Positions 56,901 to 64,000 of a stretch of DNA of 64,000 bases are shown here, piece by piece. The notes beneath the pieces are model-generated. The model did no database searches. It had not been told where the DNA came from and was given only the letters and a program-made list of their open reading frames with translations. The first letter of the stretch is position 1. The number at the start of each line of letters is the position of its first letter. A program made the position numbers and the translations under genes. The stretch is from Azolla caroliniana. Its lineage: Eukaryota; Plantae; Polypodiophyta. The DNA is taken from NCBI GenBank assembly GCA_043228905.1, contig JBHGNT010000002.1, positions 1 through 64,000 on the forward strand. Reading direction: 5' to 3'.

Positions 56901-57700
56901 TTCTCAACTCACTCCTCAAATTTGGTAATTTCGTTATGTCTCTCGACCTGAGTTTCAAAATCTTGATTTTTTAATTCCATATCATAGCTAGCGTTGTTAG
57001 CTTCGATTCGCATTTTTGAACCCAAAAATCCGATATCACACGAGCCAGGTATGAATATTTTAATTTACTCAAGGGCTCCTCTCAACTCCCTCCTCATGTT
57101 TGCTAATTTCGTCGTGTCTCTCGACCTGAGTTTCAAAATCTTGATTTTTTAATTCCATATCATAGCTAGCGTTGTTAGCTTCGATTCACATGTTTGAACA
57201 CAAAAATCCGATATCACACGAGCCAGGTATGAACATTTTATTTTACTCAAGGGCTCCTCTCAACTCCCTCCTCATGTTTGCTAATTTCGTCGTGTCTCTG
57301 GACCTGAGTTTCAAATTCTTGATTTTTTAATTCCATATCATAGCTAGCGTTGTTAGCTTCGATTCGCATGTTTGAACACAAAAATCCGATATTACACGAG
57401 CCAGGTATGAACATTTTAATTTACTCAAGGGCTCCTCTCAACTCACTTCTCAAATTTGGTAATTTAATCATGTCTCCCGACCTGAGTTTCAAAATCTTGA
57501 TTTTTCAATTCCATATCATAGCTAGCGTTGTTAGCTTCGATTCGCATGTTTGAACACAAAAATCCGATATCACACGAGCCAGGTATGAACATTTTAATTT
57601 ACTCAAGGGGTCCTCTCAACTCCTTCCTCATGTTTGCTAATTTTGTCGTGTCTCTCGACCTGAGTTTCAAAATCTTGATTTATTAATTCCATATCATAGC
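53970..57700 (+). repeat. Satellite domain 5: 6-monomer (1068 bp) units nested in a 12-monomer (2136 bp) repeat
   Basis: ORF starts 54502/55570/56638 (1068 apart), and 54146/56282 and 55214/57350 (2136 apart). The markers cacacgatcc and aatttcgttatg each occur three times at a 1068-bp period. Confidence 0.85.
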
Positions 57701-59302
57701 TAGCGTTGTTAGCTTCGATTCGCATGTTTGAACACAAAAATCGGATATCACACGAGCCAGGTATGAACATTTTAATTTACTCAAGGGCTACTCTCAACTC
57801 ACTACTCATGTTTGCTAATTTCGTCATGTCTCTCGAACTGAGTTTCAAAATCTTGATTTTTGAATTCCATATCATAGCTGGCGTTGTTAGCTTCGATTCA
57901 CATGATTGAACATAAAAATCCGATATCACACGAGCCAGGTATGAACATTTTAATTTACTCAAGGGCTCCTCTCAACTCACTACTCATGTTTGCTAATTTC
58001 GTCCTGTCTCTCGAACTGAGTTTCAAAATATTGATTTTTTAATTCCATATCATAGCTAGCGTTGTTAGCTTCGATTCGCATATTTGAACACAAAAATCCG
58101 ATATCACACGAGCCAGGTATGAACATTTTAATTTACTCAAAGGCTCCTATCAACTCACTACTCATGTTTGCTAATTTCGTCATGTCTCTCGACCTGAGAT
58201 TCAAAATCTTGATTTTTGAATTCCATATCATAGTTAGCGTTGTTAGCTTCGATTCGCATGTTTGAACACAAATATCCGATATTACACGAGCCAGGTATGA
58301 ACATTTTATTTTACTCAAGGGCTCCTCTCAACTCCCTCCTCATGTTTGCTAATTTCGTCGTGTCTCTGGACCTGAGTTTCAAATTCTTGATTTTTCAATT
58401 CCATATCGTGGCTAGCATTGTTAGCTTCGATTCGCATGTTTGAACACAAAAATCCGATATTACACGAGCCAGCTATGAACATTTTAATTTAGTCAAGGGC
58501 TCCTCTCAACTCACTCCTCAAATTTGGTAATTTCGTCTCTCGACCTCAGTTTCAAAATCTTGATTTTTCAATTCCATATCATGGCTAGCGTTGTTATCTT
58601 CGATTCGCATGTTTGAACACAAAAATCCGATATCACACGAGCCAGGTATGAACATTTTCATTTACTCAAGGGCTCCTCTCAACTCACTACTCATGTTTGG
58701 TAATTTAATCATGTCTCTCGACTTGAGTTTCAAAATCTTGATTTTTCAATTCCATATCATAGCTAGCGTTGTTAGCTTCGATTCGCATGTTTGAACACAA
58801 AACTCCGATATCACACGAGCCAGGTATGAACATTTTAATTTACCGAAGGGCTCCTCTCAACTCCCTCCTCATGTTTGCTAATTTCGTCGTGTCTCTCGAC
58901 CTGAGTTTCAAAATCTTGATTTTTGAATTCCATATCATAGCTAGCGTTGTTAGCTTCGATTTGCATGTTTGAACACAAAAATCCGATATCACACGAGCCA
59001 GGTATGAATATTTTATTTTACTCAAGGGCTCCTCTCAACTCCCTCCTCATGTTTGCTAATTTCGTCGTGTCTCTGGACCTGAGTTTCAAAATCTTGATTT
59101 TTGAATCCCATCTCATAGCTAGCGTTGTTAGCTTTGATTCGCATGTTTGAACATAAAAATCCGATATCACACGAGCCAGGTATGAACATTTTCATTTACT
59201 CAAGGGCTCCTCTCAACAAACTACTCATGTTTGGTAATTTAATCACGTCTCTCGACCTGAGTTTCAAAATCTTGATTTTTGATTTCCATATCATAGCTAG
59301 CG

Positions 59303-61320
59303 TTGTTAGCTTCGATTCGCATGTTTGAACACAAAAATCCGATATCACACGAGCCAGGTATGAATATTTTAATTTACTCAAGGGCTCCTCTCAACTCACT
59401 CCACAAATTTGGTAATGTCATCATGTCTCTCGACCTGAGTTTCAAAATCTTGATTTTTGAATTCCATATCATGGCTAGCGTTGTTATTTTCGATTCGCAT
59501 GTTTGAACACAAAAATCCGATACCACACGAGCCAGGTATTAATATTTTCATTTACTCAAGGGCTCCTCTCTACTCACTACTCACGTTTGGTAATTTAATC
59601 ATATCTCTCGAACCAGGTATGAACATTTTCATTTACCCACTAGCTCTTCTCAACTCACTCCTCAAATTTGGTATTTTCGTCATGTCTCTAGACCTGAGTT
59701 TCAAAATCTTGAATTTTCAAATCCATATCATGGCTAGCGTTGTTAGCTTCGATTCACATGTTTGAACACAAAAATCCGATATCACACAAACCAGGTATGA
59801 ACATTTTAATTTACCCACTAGCTCTTCTGAACTCAGTCCTCAAATTTGGTATTTTCGTCATGTCTCTCGACCTGAGTTTCAAAATCTTGATTTTTTAATT
59901 CCATATCATAGCTAGCGTTGTTAGCTTCGATTCGCATGTTTGAACACAAAAATCCGATATTACACGAGCCAGGTATGAACATTTTCATTTACTCAAGGGC
60001 TCCTCTCAACTCCCTCCTCAAATTTGGTAATTTCGTCATGTCTCTCGACCTGAGTTTCAAAATCTTTATTTATCAATTCCATATCATGGCTAGCGTTGTT
60101 ATCTTCGATTCGCATGTTCGAACACAAAAATCCGATATCACACGAGCTAGGTATGAACATTTTCATTTACTCAAGGGCTCCTCTCAACTCACTCCTCAAA
60201 TTTGGTAATTTCGTCATGTCTCTCGACCTGAGTTTTAAAATCTTGATTTTTCAATTCCATATCATGGCTAGCGTTGTTATCTTCGATTCGCATGTTCGAA
60301 CACAAAAATCCGATATTACACGAGCCAGGTATGAACATTTTCATTTACTCAAGGGCTCCTCTCAACTCACTTCTCAAATTTGGTAATTTAATCATGTCTC
60401 CCGACCTGAGTTTCAAAATCTTGATTTTTCAATTCCATATCATAGCTAGCGTTGTTAGCTTCGATTCGCATATTTGAACACAAAAATCCGATATCACACG
60501 AGCCAGGTATGAACATTTTAATTTACTCAAGGGCTCCTATCAACTCACTCCTCAAAATTGGTAATTGAATCATGTCTCTCGACCTGAGTTTCAAAATCTT
60601 CATTTTTTAAAATCCATATCATAGCTAGCGTTGTTAGCTTCGATTCACATGTTTGAACACAAAAATCCGATATCACACGAGCCAGGTATGAACATTTTCA
60701 TTTACTCAAGGGCTCCTCTCAACTCACTCCTCAAATTTGGTAATTTCGTCCTGTCTCTCGAACTGAGTTTCAAAATCTTGATTTTTGAATTCCATATCAT
60801 AGCTAGCGTTGTTAGCTTCGATTCGCATCTTTGAACACAAAAATCCGATATCACACGAGCCAGGTATGAATATTTTAATTTACTCAAGGGCTCCTCTCAA
60901 CTCACTCCTCAAATTTGGTAATGTCATCATGTCTCTCGACCTGAGTTTCAAAATCTTGATTTTTGAATTCCATATCATGGCTAGCGTTGTTATCTTCGAT
61001 TCGCATGTTTGAACACAAAAATCCGATACCACACGAGCCAGGTATGAACATTTTCATTTACTCAAGGGCTCCTCTCTACTCACTACTCATGTTTGGTAAT
61101 TTAATCATGTCTCTTGAACCAGGTATGAACATTTTCATTTACCCACTAGCTCTTCTCAACTCACTCCTCAAATTTGGTATTTTCGTCATGTCTCTAGACC
61201 TGAGTTTCAAAATCTTGAATTTTCAAATCCATATCATGGCTAGCGTTGTTAGCTTCGATTCACATGTTTGAACACAAAAATCCGATATCACACAAACCAG
61301 GTATGAACATTTTAATTTAC
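59303..61320 (+). repeat. Diverged duplication at 1506-bp spacing containing an 81-bp truncated monomer
   Basis: ORFs 59303/60809 and 59457/60963. Junction ctctcgaaccaggtatg near 59609 and ctcttgaaccaggtatg near 61115. 1506 = 8 x 178 + 81 + 1. Confidence 0.85.
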
Positions 61321-64000
61321 TCAAGGGCTCCTCTCAACTCACTCCTCAAATTTGGTATTTTCGTCATGTCTCTCGACCTGAGTTTCAAAATCTTGATTTT
61401 TCAATTCCATATCATAGCTAGCGTTGTTAGCTTCGATTCGCATGTTTGAACACAAAAATCCGATATCACACGAGCCAGGTATGAACATTTTCATTTACTC
61501 AAGGGCTCCTCTCAACTCACTACTCATGTTTGGTAATTTAATCACGTCTCTCGACCTGAGTTTCAAAATCTTGATTTTTCAATACCATATCATAGCTAGC
61601 GTTGTTAGCTTCGATTCGCATGTTTGAACACAAAAATCCGATATCACACGAGCCAGGTATGAACATTTTAATTTACTCAAGGGCTCCTCTCAACTCACGA
61701 CTCATGTTTGGTAATTTAATCACGTCTCTCGACCTGAGTTTCAAAATCTTGATTTTTCAATACCATATCATAGCTAGCGTTGTTAGCTTCGATTCGCATG
61801 TTTGAACACAAAAATCCGATATCACACGAGCCAGGTATGAACATTTTAATTTACTCAAGGGCTCCTCTCAACTCGCTCCTCATGTTTGCTAATTTCGTCG
61901 TGTCTCTCGACCTGAGTTTCAAAATCTTGATTTTCTAATTCCATATCATAGCTAGCGTTGTTAGCTTCGATTCGCATGTTTGAACACAAAAATCCGATAT
62001 TACACGAGCCAGATATGAACATTTTAATTTACTCAAGGGCTCCTCTCAACTCACTACTCATGTTTGCTAATTTCGTCATGTCTCTCGACCGGAGTTTCAA
62101 AATCTTGATTTTTGAATTCCATATCATAACTAGCGTTGTTAGCTTCGATTCCCATGTTTGAACACAAAAATCCGATATCACACAAGCCAGGTATGAACAT
62201 TTTAATTTACCTACTAGCTCTTCTCAACTCACTCCTTAAATTTGGTAATTTCGTCATGTCTCTCGACCTGAGTTTCAAAATCTTGATTTTTTAATTCCAT
62301 ATCATAGCTAGCGTTGTTAGCTTCGATTCGCATGTTTGAACACAAATATCCGATATTACACGAGCCAGGTATGAACATTTTAATTTACTCAAGGGCTTCG
62401 CTCAACTCACTACTCATGTTTGCTAATTTCGTCATGTCTCTCGACGGGAGTTTCAAAATCTTGATTTTTGAATTCCATATCTTAGTTAGCGTTGTTAGCT
62501 TCGATTCGCATGTTTGAACACAAATATCCGATATTACACGAGCCAGGTATGAACATTTTAATTTACTCAAGGGCTTCGCTAAACTCATTACTCATGTTTG
62601 CTAATTTCGTCATGTCTCTCGACGGGAGTTTCAAAATCTTGATTTTTGAATTCCATATCATAGTTAGCGTTGTTAGCTTCGATTCGCATGTTTGAACACA
62701 AAAATCCGATATCAGACGAGCCAGGTATGAACATTTTCATTTACTCAAGGGCTCCTCTCAACTCCCTCCTCATGTTTGCTAATTTGTCATGTCTCTCGAC
62801 CTGAGTTTCAAAATCTTGAGTTTTCAATTCCATATCGTGGCTAGCATTGTTAGCTTCGATTCGCATGTTTGAACACAAAAATTCGATATTACACGAGCCA
62901 GCTATGAACATTTTAATTTAGTCAAGGGCTCCTCTCAACTCACTCCTCAAATTTGGTAATTTCGTCATGTCTCTCGACCTGAGTTTCAAAATCTTGATTT
63001 TTCAATTCCATATCATAGCTAGCGTTGTTAGCTTCGATTCGCATGTTTGAACAAAAAAATCCGATATCACACGAGCCAGGTATGAACATTTTCATTTACC
63101 CACTAGATCTTCTCAACTCACTCCTCAAATTTGGTAATTTCGTCATGTCTCTCGACCTGAGTTTCAAAATCTTGATTTTTTAATTCGATATCATAGCTAG
63201 CGTTGTTAGCTTCGATTCGCATGTTTGAACACAAAAATCCGATATTACACGAGCTAGGTATGAACATTTTAATTTACTCAAGGGCTCCTCTCAACTCACT
63301 ACTCATGTTTGCTAATTTCGTCATGTCTCTCGACCGGAGTTTCAAAATATTGATTTTTGAATTCCATATCATAGCTAGCGTTGTTAGCTTCGATTCGCAT
63401 GTTTGAACACAAAAATCCGATATCACACGAGCCAGGTATGAACATTTTCATTTACTCAAGGGCTCCTCTCAACTCCCTACTCATGTTTGCTAATTTTGTC
63501 ATGTCTCTCGACCTGAGATTCAAAATCTTGATTTTTAAATTCCATATCATAGTTAGCGTTGTTAGCTTCGATTCGCATGTTTGAACATAAAAATCCGATA
63601 TCACACGAGCCAGGTATGAACATTTCCCTTTACCCACTAGCTCTTCTCAACTCACTCCTAAAATTTGGTAATTTCGTCATGTCTCTCGACCTGAGTTTCA
63701 AAATTTTGATTATTTAATTCCATATCATAGCTAGCGTTGTTAGCTTCGATTCGCATGTTTGAACACAAAAATCCGATATCACACGAGCCAGATATGAACA
63801 TTTTAATTTACTCAAGGGCTACTCTCAACTCACTCCTCATGTTTGCTAATTTCGTCATGTCTCTCGAACTGAGTTTCAAAATTTTGATTTTTCAATACCA
63901 TATCATAGCTGGCGTTGTTAGCTTCGATTCACATGTTTGAACATAAAAATCCGATATCACACGAGCCAGGTATGAACATTTTAATTTACTCAAGGGCTCC

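Larger units (their letters stand above)
3724..64000 (+). repeat. 178-bp tandem satellite array next to the telomere, about 340 monomers, one orientation, continues past the window end
   Basis: Representative monomer: gttgttagcttcgattcgcatgtttgaacacaaaaatccgatatcacacgagccaggtatgaacattttaatttactcaagggctcctctcaactccctcctcatgtttgctaatttcgtcgtgtctctcgacctgagtttcaaaatcttgatttttgaattccatatcatagctagc (178 bp, 71 G+C by hand count). ORF starts recur every 178 bp (e.g. 3984, 4162, 4340). Strand assignment is arbitrary. Confidence 0.98.

Noticed and set aside
3782-63940. Hundreds of 60-126 aa ORFs on both strands (MLASIRMFEHKNP..., MSKLKCSYLARV...)
   Set aside because: They are translations of the satellite monomer. 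The 178-bp period is not a multiple of 3, many ORFs start at TTG, stops appear and vanish with single SNPs, and there is no recognisable domain or gene structure.
3724-64000. CRISPR-like or cassette array (conserved segments alternating with variable segments)
   Set aside because: The variable parts are allelic variants of one sequence, not unique spacers. The context is a eukaryotic telomere with no cas or recombinase genes.
3724-64000. Identification as Arabidopsis thaliana CEN178/CEN180 or another named satellite of about 178 bp
   Set aside because: Only the length matches. The sequence does not resemble CEN178 as I recall it, and I cannot assign any other family without a database search.
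3724-64000. 5S rDNA, tRNA or snRNA tandem array
   Set aside because: No 5S coding sequence, tRNA cloverleaf or Pol III A/B/C boxes are recognisable in the monomer.

Overview
This window is a plant-type chromosome end with no genes. Bases 1-3725 are about 530 copies of the Arabidopsis-type telomere repeat (CCCTAAA)n, C-strand on +, so the chromosome terminus lies to the left. The telomere joins directly, with no spacer and partway through a monomer, to about 60 kb (roughly 340 monomers) of a single head-to-tail 178-bp satellite (about 40% GC) that runs off the right edge. I saw no inversion, transposon or unique DNA in it. The satellite is layered into local higher-order repeat (HOR) domains: mixed 12/7/26/4-mer duplications at about 3.7-13.7 kb, a 16-mer at about 14.1-20.5 kb, a 26/27/19-mer marked by a 205-bp chimeric monomer at about 23-42 kb, a 1678-bp deletion-bearing 10-mer at about 48.8-53.8 kb, a 6/12-mer at about 54-57.7 kb and a 1506-bp duplication at about 59.3-61.3 kb. 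Several rearranged monomers show microhomology or templated-insertion junctions, and intact precursors of some survive elsewhere in the window. All listed ORFs are by-products of the satellite. I cannot identify the species or satellite family, and sequence alone cannot tell a subtelomeric array from a telocentric centromere.
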